Virus record (IMG/VR): IMGVR_UViG_3300020469_000046
Location: 1 to 63,900 of that record
DNA: 63,900 bases
Strand: one strand, 5' to 3'
Source: a virus
Lineage: Duplodnaviria > Caudoviricetes
Made by a program: the position numbers and the translations under genes. The notes under the pieces are model-generated. The model saw nothing but the letters and a program-made list of their open reading frames with translations, was not told the origin of the DNA and did no database searches. Below, piece by piece: positions 16,579-26,500 of this stretch. The first letter of the stretch is position 1. Every line of letters begins with the position of its first letter.

Positions 16579-19090
16579 GAAAGAGATTATAAGTATAAGA
16601 ATTTTAGAACTCCTTAATCTTGAGAGTGAGTTTGAGATTTCTTATGAAGAATATTCTCGTCACTTAAAAGAGGCCCTTATTGCTGCTAGACTAACCAAGT
16701 CAAAATTTTCAACGGAAGAAGCAGAAATATTAACTAATGAATTTAAGAGAGTAAAAAATAAGAAGGGAAGATTTACAATAAATCCTAAAAAGGAAAAATC
16801 CAATCAAAATTCCAATCTAAAATCTAATGTTTCTTCAAATAAAAAGAAGAAAGCAATAGCATTTCTAACTGGATCTAAAGAAACGCCTATAAAAAAAGAT
16901 AATACAAAAAAAGATAATACAAAAAAAGATAATACAAAGACTACTTCATCATCAATATTAGAAAAAATATCATCAACAGTTGATAAAATCTATAAAAATA
17001 TTCAAAACCTCAATAAGATTTTAGATTCTTCATTTGAAAAAGATAGAATAAAAAGTATAAGATCAAGACGAAAAGGAAAAGAAGAACGTCTTGAAAAAAG
17101 TCCCCTTGATGGTATAGTAAACGCAACTAAAAATTTAATTAAACCATTCAAGTCTATCTGGGATAGAATTATTCAATTCTTGGTGTTTACTTTCTTGGGT
17201 AGACTTTTCACAATGTTTACTGATTGGGCAAGTAAACCAGAAAATGAAAAAAAAGTTGAATCCTTAAAACGTTTATTTACAGATTTTGCTCCTGCAATTA
17301 TTGGGTCTGCATTTTTATTCTTAACTCCATTTGGAAAATTCATAAGAACTGCAGTTGGAATAGCAACTAAATTATCTGCAAGATTACTCCTTAAAGGCAT
17401 ACCTGCTTTGCTTAGTATGATACGAAGGAATCCAAAAGCAGCCTTATTAATTGGAACTACTCTGGCTGCTGGAAAATTATATTTGGATTCAAGAGGTGCT
17501 GGTGAAAAGGCAATAGAAGAAAAGGAAAAAGAATTAGGTAGAGAATTAACTAAAGAAGAAGAAACACAAGCTGTTCAGGAAAAATTTCTATCAAATCCAA
17601 TATTGAATCCTATTTCTAATTTTATGATTCCAACATTAACTAATCAGGTAACTGATGATGATAAACCAGAAGGTGAAAAAAATATTGGTGATTCTGCATT
17701 AGATATTGGTGGAGGAATGTTTGATAGTATAAATCAGTTCCTTCCAGACTTTAGTGGTATATTTACTGGGGAGTTTAATAAAGGTGGTGTTTTCAGTGGT
17801 TTAGTAGATAAAAATACTGGAACAAGAGTACCTGGATTTGGTAAAGATACTCAGTTCTTACCTATGGCAGACGGTAAGAGTGGTGTTGTTGTTCAACCTG
17901 GAGAAATTGTTATGAATAAAGAGCAGCAAGAGAAACTTGCTGCTGAAACTGGAGTAGATCCAAGAATGTATGTTCCTGGACCTAAAACGGGTAAAATACA
18001 AAAATTTAATGCTGGTGGAATCATAGGATCCAACCCAAATTATAAAATCGCCTATGATAATATAAGCGATAATTTCCCATCAGCAGAACCACATCATATT
18101 GCTGGTGCTCTTGGTAATTTTGAAACTGAAGCACCTGGATTAAAACCAAATACATATCAACTTGAAAATGGTCCTGGTCGTGGTATTGCTCAATGGGAAA
18201 TTGATCATGGTGGAAATAACTATATGGGTAGATGGCCAAAAGCAGAAGAAATGTATGGAGAGGGTGTAATTAATAGTTTAAGAGACCAATTGAATTTTAT
18301 GAAATGGGAAATGGAAACGGGACACCCTCTTCCAGATGGAAGACCAAATCTTCCTTATGGATATGCAACTAAAGATACTTGGTTGGGATCTCCAAATTTG
18401 AGAAGCGCAACTTTAAACTTTATGAAGGCATATGAAGCTCCTAGTGAACCTCACGCTGACAGAAGACTTGCCAATGCAAAGAAATTTTTAGATCTATCTA
18501 AAAATTTTGGTTCAAAAAAACAAATGGTATCATCTCCTTCATCACAATCATCTTCTTCATCGCAAAATAAAGATATTTTTGAACCATTTAAAAAAGCGTA
18601 TGGAAACTATGAGTCTTTTAGAGATAGTGAAAGTGGACAAAAGTTACAGTCTGCTCTTAGAAATCTCCTAGGACTTAAAGGTGGAGGAAAAGTTACAGAA
18701 AGTACTGGTGTTGATATCCCTGGAGCAACTGATGATAGACAATTAGTATCATTTAGAGTTCAACCCGGAGAATATTTGAGAGTATTTACAAAAGATTTTG
18801 TAGATAAAGGTGGAATGTCCTTTGTAAATCAACTTCAATCTGAATTAGATTATGATTCAAATGCTAGAAAGAGTGGAATACAACCATTAAGTATGAATAG
18901 ATATATTCCAGAATCTCCCTCTACATCTAATGGTGGTATTCAAATTATTAATTTACCCACAGAAGTTATATCAAATTCACATTCTTCTTCACCAAGCAAA
19001 AGTAGTTCTGTTCCAGATATCGATCCAATATCTTCAGACTCTGTAGATACTAGATTGTCAATAGCAAAGATCTACGGGATGATGGAGTAA
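16571..19090 (+). CDS. Tape-measure/hub-like protein with phage tail lysozyme domain
   Basis: Basic helical N-terminus, hydrophobic segment, AGALGNFETE...GRGIAQW...QLNFM.WE...YE.P (Phage_lysozyme2-like). Confidence 0.7.
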   Translation: MPKKEIISIRILELLNLESEFEISYEEYSRHLKEALIAARLTKSKFSTEEAEILTNEFKRVKNKKGRFTINPKKEKSNQNSNLKSNVSSNKKKKAIAFLTGSKETPIKKDNTKKDNTKKDNTKTTSSSILEKISSTVDKIYKNIQNLNKILDSSFEKDRIKSIRSRRKGKEERLEKSPLDGIVNATKNLIKPFKSIWDRIIQFLVFTFLGRLFTMFTDWASKPENEKKVESLKRLFTDFAPAIIGSAFLFLTPFGKFIRTAVGIATKLSARLLLKGIPALLSMIRRNPKAALLIGTTLAAGKLYLDSRGAGEKAIEEKEKELGRELTKEEETQAVQEKFLSNPILNPISNFMIPTLTNQVTDDDKPEGEKNIGDSALDIGGGMFDSINQFLPDFSGIFTGEFNKGGVFSGLVDKNTGTRVPGFGKDTQFLPMADGKSGVVVQPGEIVMNKEQQEKLAAETGVDPRMYVPGPKTGKIQKFNAGGIIGSNPNYKIAYDNISDNFPSAEPHHIAGALGNFETEAPGLKPNTYQLENGPGRGIAQWEIDHGGNNYMGRWPKAEEMYGEGVINSLRDQLNFMKWEMETGHPLPDGRPNLPYGYATKDTWLGSPNLRSATLNFMKAYEAPSEPHADRRLANAKKFLDLSKNFGSKKQMVSSPSSQSSSSSQNKDIFEPFKKAYGNYESFRDSESGQKLQSALRNLLGLKGGGKVTESTGVDIPGATDDRQLVSFRVQPGEYLRVFTKDFVDKGGMSFVNQLQSELDYDSNARKSGIQPLSMNRYIPESPSTSNGGIQIINLPTEVISNSHSSSPSKSSSVPDIDPISSDSVDTRLSIAKIYGMME
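16891..16935 (+). repeat. Perfect 15-bp tandem repeat x3 (KKDNT)
   Basis: AAAAAAAGATAATAC x3. Confidence 0.9.
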
Positions 19091-19094
19091 ACTA

Positions 19095-21983
19095 ATGGCA
19101 TTAAATACTCAAAAACTTCTTCCAGGGTCTAATTCAAAAACTAAATCTGCCCTAGCGATTATTCCAAAAACTAAATCACCTTTAGTGGGTATTCAAAAAA
19201 GTACGGGAAAATCCACTTTTGCAAATAAAGGCAATCCACTGATCAATATTTTAAATAAAACTATATTAATTAATAAAACTCTTGTAAAAATTAATAAGCA
19301 ATTAATTAAAAATAAAAAAACACAAAAAAGAAAAACAATTGCATCAAATCGTAAAAATGAAGAAACTAGACTTGAAAAATCTGAACAAAGTAAGGCAAAA
19401 ACTGAAAAATCTGATTCTACTAACAAATTATCATTTTTAGATAGAATTAAAAAATTTTTAACGTTTACTTTCCTCGGATGGTTGTTTGATAAGACTGCAA
19501 AATATTTACCTAGACTATTAAAAATTATTTCGCTTTTGGCACCAATAGGGGAGTTTATAGCAAAAGTAATTGGAACTATTGGTAATGCTATGATTACCTT
19601 TATTGATAAGGGATATGAATTGTGGGATAAGTTTAAAGAATGGAAGAAAGATAATATTGATGGAACTAATTTTCAAAAATTATTTGATCCAGTAATCAAC
19701 AATTTAGAAACCTTTGCAAATCTTGCATTAGTTGCGGGTTTACTTGCTACTGCTGGAGGAGGTGGTGGAAATAGAAATAATGATCGTTTTAGAAGAGGTG
19801 GTGGAAATAATCGTGGAAGAAATTTCAGACCCAGAGGTGGAAATAAAAGAAGTTTCAATAACAGAGGTAGAGGATTTTTTAGAAATCCATTTAGAAGAAA
19901 ACCTTCAATTACTGGAACTCGTAAAGATAGACTTTTCAGGAATCCATTTAGGAGAAGACCAGGAACTACAGGAGGAAGAGTAGATAGATTAAAACAAGGT
20001 TTTCAGAAAGTTAATCCACTTAGGAATAGAGCACCTGTTACAGTAAGTAGTGGTACAAGAATACAACTTCTAAAAGATAAAATAAAAGATTTACAAGGTA
20101 ATATAAAAAAACTTAATACTACTCTATCAAATCAAGCAAAAAGAATAGCACAATTAACTAAATCTGGACTTGATGCTATTAAGGTAAAAGCGCCAGCAAA
20201 AATAAACCAGGTAGTATCAAAAGGAAAACAAGTTGTAGATGTTACTTTTGATGCTATAAAAAATGCTATATCAAAAGGTAAATTTAAAGTAGACCAACTT
20301 ATTGAGTTAGCAAAACCTCTACTAGGTAGAATAGTAAGTGGTGGGAAATCAAGTTTAACTTCGATTAAATCACTATTAAGACCTTTATTGAAACCAATAC
20401 AAACTCCAATTAGATCGATACCATTTATTGGTGCTCTGATTGATTTTGGTATTAATACTTTTATATTTGGAGATTCACCAGGTGAAGCAGCATTTAAAGC
20501 AGCATTTGCGGGCATACTCGGTGCAATTGGTGGTGCTGCTGGTAGTATTGCTCCCGGTCCAGGTACATTTATTGGTGCGACTCTAGGGGGTATGCTTGGA
20601 GATCGAATAGGAGGATGGATTTACAATAGAACTATTGGAAGCGGTTCAGGTGAAGAACCAAAAGTAGGTGAACTTGAATTAAATCAATTTAATAAAGGTG
20701 GTACTATAAGAGAACATAGAGGTAGACGTGAGAAGGAACAAGAAGTAGAAGTCTTTAATAGACCATTGATGCCTCCACTTATGGGATCTTTAAGATCTCA
20801 ACAATTATTCCCAATAGCATCTGAACGTGGATATCAAAATCCTCAAGGTTTCCTTAGAGATTCTATTAAAGCAATGAGAGAAATTCCATATTATGGACAT
20901 TTATTTAACTTATTTGGCGAATCTATATTGGGAAAAAGAATGTCTACGAGAGATATAGACAATATTGGTCTTGATATTTCATCTTTAATAAGTAAAATAT
21001 TTAAAGAGCAAACAGAAAAGGGTGAACCTTGGTATTCTATTATTAGTAATCTGCCAAAATTAATCTACGATCTTACTCATAATATAATATCGTCTAATTC
21101 TAATAAAGTGGTAAATAGATTACTTTATGAAAGTAGGTTAAAAATAATTTATGATAATGAATTAGTTGAAAAAATAAAAACCTTAGAAGGAAGACTAAAA
21201 GAAAAAGAAGAAGAATTAAAAAGAACAAACGCATCTACAGGTAGTGGATCTACAAGTAGTTCTACAGGTAGTGGTTCTGCAAGTAGTCCCACAATACCAT
21301 TGGTTCCACTTGGATCTGGGGGAGGATCACTTAAGAATATGACTGATCAAGATTTTAGTGATCTGGCATATATTGTTAGTCATGAAGCATTAAGAAATAC
21401 TGATGATGAATATGCTGTTGCTGCTGCAGTCTTGAACCGAGTTACTGACCCAAGATTCCCAAATACGATCATGGGAGTCGGTACTGCACCTGGCCAGTTT
21501 GAAGCGGTATTTACAGGAAGAGCATATAGAGATCCAAAACTTGCCGAAAAACTTAAAGCAAATCAAAGTAAAATTATTGATGCTCTGAAGAAATTAGATG
21601 GAAGAACAGACTTCAAAGCATATAGTAGTATGGGACAATATATGGGTGATAGTGATATCATGTTTGCTCCAAGTGGAAATTTTTATCATTATTCAGAACA
21701 GGTAAGAAAATCCGATCCTATTCCTAAAAATATTCCTCAAAACTGGAAAACCTTACTAGGAAAAGGAATGAAGGGTGGAGGAGATCTTGTCAAGATTAAT
21801 GAACCAAGATCATTTAAATCATTGAAAGAAAGAACTTCATATGAAAATTCTATGATCATCTTAGTCAAGCGTGAAAGAGAGATTGTGCATGTACCAATAA
21901 ATAAAGGTGCGGCATCAAGGATTATTGTAAAAGGTAATAATAATTCGCTATCACCAGAAAAATTTAAATCCTTCATGAAGTAA
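19095..21983 (+). CDS. Tape-measure/hub-like protein with SleB-type cell-wall hydrolase domain
   Basis: Glycine-zipper hydrophobic region; C-terminal LAYIVSHEA...AVAAAVLNRV.DPRFPNTI..V..APGQFE. Confidence 0.72.
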   Translation: MALNTQKLLPGSNSKTKSALAIIPKTKSPLVGIQKSTGKSTFANKGNPLINILNKTILINKTLVKINKQLIKNKKTQKRKTIASNRKNEETRLEKSEQSKAKTEKSDSTNKLSFLDRIKKFLTFTFLGWLFDKTAKYLPRLLKIISLLAPIGEFIAKVIGTIGNAMITFIDKGYELWDKFKEWKKDNIDGTNFQKLFDPVINNLETFANLALVAGLLATAGGGGGNRNNDRFRRGGGNNRGRNFRPRGGNKRSFNNRGRGFFRNPFRRKPSITGTRKDRLFRNPFRRRPGTTGGRVDRLKQGFQKVNPLRNRAPVTVSSGTRIQLLKDKIKDLQGNIKKLNTTLSNQAKRIAQLTKSGLDAIKVKAPAKINQVVSKGKQVVDVTFDAIKNAISKGKFKVDQLIELAKPLLGRIVSGGKSSLTSIKSLLRPLLKPIQTPIRSIPFIGALIDFGINTFIFGDSPGEAAFKAAFAGILGAIGGAAGSIAPGPGTFIGATLGGMLGDRIGGWIYNRTIGSGSGEEPKVGELELNQFNKGGTIREHRGRREKEQEVEVFNRPLMPPLMGSLRSQQLFPIASERGYQNPQGFLRDSIKAMREIPYYGHLFNLFGESILGKRMSTRDIDNIGLDISSLISKIFKEQTEKGEPWYSIISNLPKLIYDLTHNIISSNSNKVVNRLLYESRLKIIYDNELVEKIKTLEGRLKEKEEELKRTNASTGSGSTSSSTGSGSASSPTIPLVPLGSGGGSLKNMTDQDFSDLAYIVSHEALRNTDDEYAVAAAVLNRVTDPRFPNTIMGVGTAPGQFEAVFTGRAYRDPKLAEKLKANQSKIIDALKKLDGRTDFKAYSSMGQYMGDSDIMFAPSGNFYHYSEQVRKSDPIPKNIPQNWKTLLGKGMKGGGDLVKINEPRSFKSLKERTSYENSMIILVKREREIVHVPINKGAASRIIVKGNNNSLSPEKFKSFMK

Positions 21984-23333
21984 ATGTCATTACCAAGTAC
22001 AGCAGCACAATATGGTAATATAACCAAGTTTTCAGTATTTTCAAACTATACTGGAAAGGAGATTGATATTAGGGGTGGTCTTGCATCATTTAAATATTTT
22101 GAAAGTATTATGGATAATACGGTCAGAGTTCAGGCAAATATTGTGGATGGTGGTGTTGAAATAGGTAGTGAAGATTCTGCCGCTAAAATTGAATATCCAC
22201 AATCACTTACAGTTGGTGAGAAGTGCCTTATTTCTATTGAGGATGGATATGGTCAAGAAATAAACTTATTAGATGAATATCATCTAAGAGTAAAAAATAC
22301 TAGTAATAGTATGTCAAGTGTTTTATCATCTTTTTATACTTTAAACCTTTGGTCTGAAGAATCTATCAAAAATTATCAGGTTTCTAGAAGAGTTGTTGGT
22401 AAATTTGAAGGAAAGGTTAGTGATACAGTTTTACAAATATTAAGACTTGATTTAGAGACAGAAAAGCAGGTTTTTATTGATAGCACTATAAATGAACTTG
22501 TTGTTTATGGTGAAAGAAAAAAACCCCTAGCAAAAGTACACGAATTAGCTGCTAGATCTGTTCCTGATATTCCAGATGCTACTGGTCTTCGGGCTGGATA
22601 TGTCTTTTATCAGAATAGTTTAGGATATTATTTTAGATCTATAGATAAACTCTTTACTCAAAAACCAGTAAGAAGATTTATACATAATAATACTACAGGA
22701 TTACCAGAAGGTTATCATGCTAAGATATTAACTTATAATTTTAGTAGTTTTGTTGATCTTGAGTCTAAACTTATAGATGGATCTATGTTTGAATCAGAAG
22801 TAATATCATTTAATACTTTTAATTCTGAATATAAAGGTGAGGAACAAAATCTATTTGATGCTAGAAAACAGACTGAAGATGAAGAATTTACTGGAGGAGA
22901 AGATCAAATAAAGATAGCAGATGATCTTGAACTTGGTTCAACAAGAACAGATTTTAGAACAAGAGATGTTGGAATTTCAAATCCAGGAAATACTTTTGAA
23001 AAGCAATTAGAAGAATCAAAGAGAGATAATTACGATGTAGACACTATTTTACGACAATCTAGAACAAGATATGGTAGTTTATTTACAGTCTCAATGTCTA
23101 TAACAATACCAGGAGATTTTGCTCTACATTGTGGAGAATTAATTCATGTAGCGATAGCAGAACAGTCAACATCAAAAACTATGCAAGAAAGTCAGCGTAA
23201 TAGTGGCATATATATGATAGTAGATTTATGTCACTACATTGATTCTAATCCTGCTGCAACTGGTACTAATGGAAACTGTTATACTAGGTTGAATTTAGTT
23301 AGAGATACATTTGGAAAAAAACCCACTACTTAG
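21984..23333 (+). CDS. Baseplate hub protein (gp27-like)
   Basis: YFESI...FYQN..GYYFRSID.L...I.IPGDF.LH.G...SG.Y.I..LCH...T.L.LVRD; lies before gp5. Confidence 0.7.
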   Translation: MSLPSTAAQYGNITKFSVFSNYTGKEIDIRGGLASFKYFESIMDNTVRVQANIVDGGVEIGSEDSAAKIEYPQSLTVGEKCLISIEDGYGQEINLLDEYHLRVKNTSNSMSSVLSSFYTLNLWSEESIKNYQVSRRVVGKFEGKVSDTVLQILRLDLETEKQVFIDSTINELVVYGERKKPLAKVHELAARSVPDIPDATGLRAGYVFYQNSLGYYFRSIDKLFTQKPVRRFIHNNTTGLPEGYHAKILTYNFSSFVDLESKLIDGSMFESEVISFNTFNSEYKGEEQNLFDARKQTEDEEFTGGEDQIKIADDLELGSTRTDFRTRDVGISNPGNTFEKQLEESKRDNYDVDTILRQSRTRYGSLFTVSMSITIPGDFALHCGELIHVAIAEQSTSKTMQESQRNSGIYMIVDLCHYIDSNPAATGTNGNCYTRLNLVRDTFGKKPTT

Positions 23334-23343
23334 GAAAATTTAA

Positions 23344-23571
23344 ATGGAAAGTATTGAAAAGCATATTGAAAAGGATAAGGAGATCCTAGAGGATCCTACA
23401 ACTAATCCACAGATGCGTCGTCACATTGAAGGAGAACTACATGAGTTGGAAGAATATGTAGAACACCACAAGAAAGAAATCGAAAAAGGTGATCATCACG
23501 ATCCTACTTACTTGGAACTTTACTGTGACCAAAACCCTTCTGAACCAGAGTGCCTGGTATATGACGACTAA
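23344..23571 (+). CDS. cp12: CP12 Calvin-cycle inhibitor, auxiliary metabolic gene
   Basis: C-terminal LELYCDQNPSEPECLVYDD motif. Confidence 0.92.
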   Translation: MESIEKHIEKDKEILEDPTTNPQMRRHIEGELHELEEYVEHHKKEIEKGDHHDPTYLELYCDQNPSEPECLVYDD

Positions 23572-23573
23572 TT

Positions 23574-26500
23574 ATGACGGATAGCAATTCTTTAATTTGG
23601 CATGGACAGATAGTAGATGACCTCGTTTGGAAGGATAACGAAAACTCCAAAAAATGGGGAAATAGTGACGATGTTCAAGGATGGCACAAAAGATATAAAG
23701 TCAGAATTTTTTCTGAACATCCAAAATCAAAAGAAGAATTACCCGATAATTCACTTCCTTTGGTTGATGTAGTTTATCCAGTTACTGGAGGAAGTGGTCA
23801 TGCTGCGTCTTTCCAAACATCAAATTTAAGGAAGGGATCCTACGTTATTGGGGTATACGTAGAAGACCATCAACCAATAATCATTGGTACATATGGAAAT
23901 AGTGATCAAACACCACTATTATTTTCTAATCCACCAGAAGGATATATACCATTCTCTGGATTATATGATGAGAACGTTCCTTGGTATTCAATTCCCGGAG
24001 AAGGTCAAAACGGACAGGGAAATGTTTATGGAAGTCCTAATGAAGCTACAGGATTCTTAGGAACTAACTGGGAAAGTGTTAGTGATCTCAATATTAGAAA
24101 ACGAATACACAAGGAATCTCCGTTAAAATCAACACACAAATGTGCTCAAGGTAGTGGTGCAATTGGTGGTATGCAATTAGCGATCCTTGATATGATTACT
24201 GAAATTGAAGATATTAAAAAAAGAACTACAAGTTGGTATCATGGTGTTCAAGATTGGACAGATAATGATATAAAAAAGGCAATAGAAAAGGCATCCAAAG
24301 ATATTTCAAGAGAACTAAAAGATATAATTGAAGACATTCGTCAATTTATAACCGCAAAAGTAAATGATATCACCAAAGCATTACAAAGTTTAGTTCCACC
24401 TAATGAAAGACAAAAAAGTCAATCTGCAGTAGAAACAGTCTTAGATCTAATAAATTGTTTATTTGATAAAGTTGTCAATGCACTTATTAGTATGGTTGTC
24501 GATATGTTATTATCGATAGTTGATCGTTTTATAAATGCTCCTCTAGCTGCTATAGAAACACTTGGTCAAACATTAATAGGAAATGTATTTGGATATATTC
24601 TAGGAAGTATTGATAAAATTATGGCACCATTGGAAGCAATATTTGGTGCTACCGGACTTATATCCTCAGTATCAGGATCAGTATTAAGTTTTCTTGGAGA
24701 AATATTAGGATTCCTATCATGCCAAAATGATTCAAATTGTCCAGAGGTAACTAAATGGAGTATGGGTGGAGGAAATGGAACAAGAACAGAAAATTTCTCA
24801 TCAGATATTAATTCAATTTTAAATAAGGTACAAGAGATTGGTAATCAAGTTGCAGCACTTGGAGATCCTGATACATTTTCATTTGATCTTGATTTTTCAG
24901 GAGCGGTTGCTGATAGTATAGCTCAACATAATGTTGGTCCTATACTCTGTGGTCCTCCAACAGTTGAATTCTTTGGTGGTGGAGGAGGAAGTGGTGCTCA
25001 AGGAAATGCTATTGTAAGTACAACTGGAGAGATTCTTGGAATTGATATGGTTTCCTTTGGAAGTGGATATACAAAAGCACCCATTGCAAAAATTGTAGAT
25101 TCTTGTGGAAGAGGTCAAGGTGCAATACTTCTTCCAATTATAGGATCAAATCAAGGTGGTGGATTTGTAAACAAAGAACCAGTTTCAATTAGTAAAGATC
25201 CCAATTTTGAAGATAATCCATCGATCACACTTAGTGGTGGAGATAAAGAAATTATTACTGTAACTAATACTACTTTTATAAACACAGCATCAACTATAAA
25301 AGCACATTGGGAATTAACTGCACCAAGACAAGTGAACCTAGTAGTCACTGGAGAAGGAAATGCTAAAATTAGAATAGATATGAAAGTTGATGATGATCCT
25401 GACGATTATGGGTCATCATATAGAGACGCATTTATTCAAGGAACTGGTATTGATTTTAATTTTGGGGATGGACAAGAAGATGATTTTGATGAAGATAACT
25501 TTACACCTGGAACTTATAAATTCAAAATAACTGAACTTATAATGGATCTAATCTTAGAAAAAAGTGATAAAAAAATTAAACTAAGAGATACCGATGGACA
25601 GGATACTAACGCATCATTTGAAATTACTCAAATAACACAAGGTTCTTATCTTAAAGAAACTAAAGTACCTGAAACTGAAGTAGTTACAACTCCGTTAGAA
25701 GTACGTGACAATTTAACTCCTTTTGAACCAACTAAAATTCTTGAAGACTATGATTATCCTAGAGATGATCGAGGTTTGACAAGTGGAAATCCCTGTGCTG
25801 CAACTACAAACCTCAGTGTTGTGTCTTCATATGAATTATATGAAAACTATGAATTGATAACTACAAGAGAATCTGGTTTTTATCCAAAAGTTAATGGTGA
25901 GTGGGCATATCATAATTATGGAGGTAATGCTAATCTTTGGTCTGGAGAAAATGATTTTATTGAAAAACTAGTTAATTTAGAAGGTGGTAGTGGTTATGGA
26001 TTGCAAGTTTTAGTAAGATTGGAAGCACTTCTTGGCAGAGGTGGAAACCCAAATAATACTCAGTATAAAATTATATCGATAAGAAATCATGGTATTGGAT
26101 ATCAAGTTGGTGATATATTAAGATTTCCAAATATTGATGATAGACCCACTAAAAATATGGGTGATGTATTTAAAATTACTGGTTTAAAATCTATTGAATC
26201 TTTCAATGGTAGTGAATCAGTAGAAACTGAATCTGTTGAAGTGTTAGCTGGCGGAGGTATGCTAAGTTTCAGTATCTATTCTAATTATGAGATAGTTGAA
26301 CCAACAGGTTTCTATGACCGAGAGTTGGGTGAACCAGCTTATCATGTTTGGGGTGGTAGAGCAGAAGCATGGGGAGAACTTGATGATACTATTGTATTAG
26401 AAGTTAAACCTGTAGGTGGTAGTGGAAAGGATATGGTTCTTACGATGAGATTTAGTGCTTATCCTGGATTAGCAGGAAATCCAAATAATACCATGTATGC

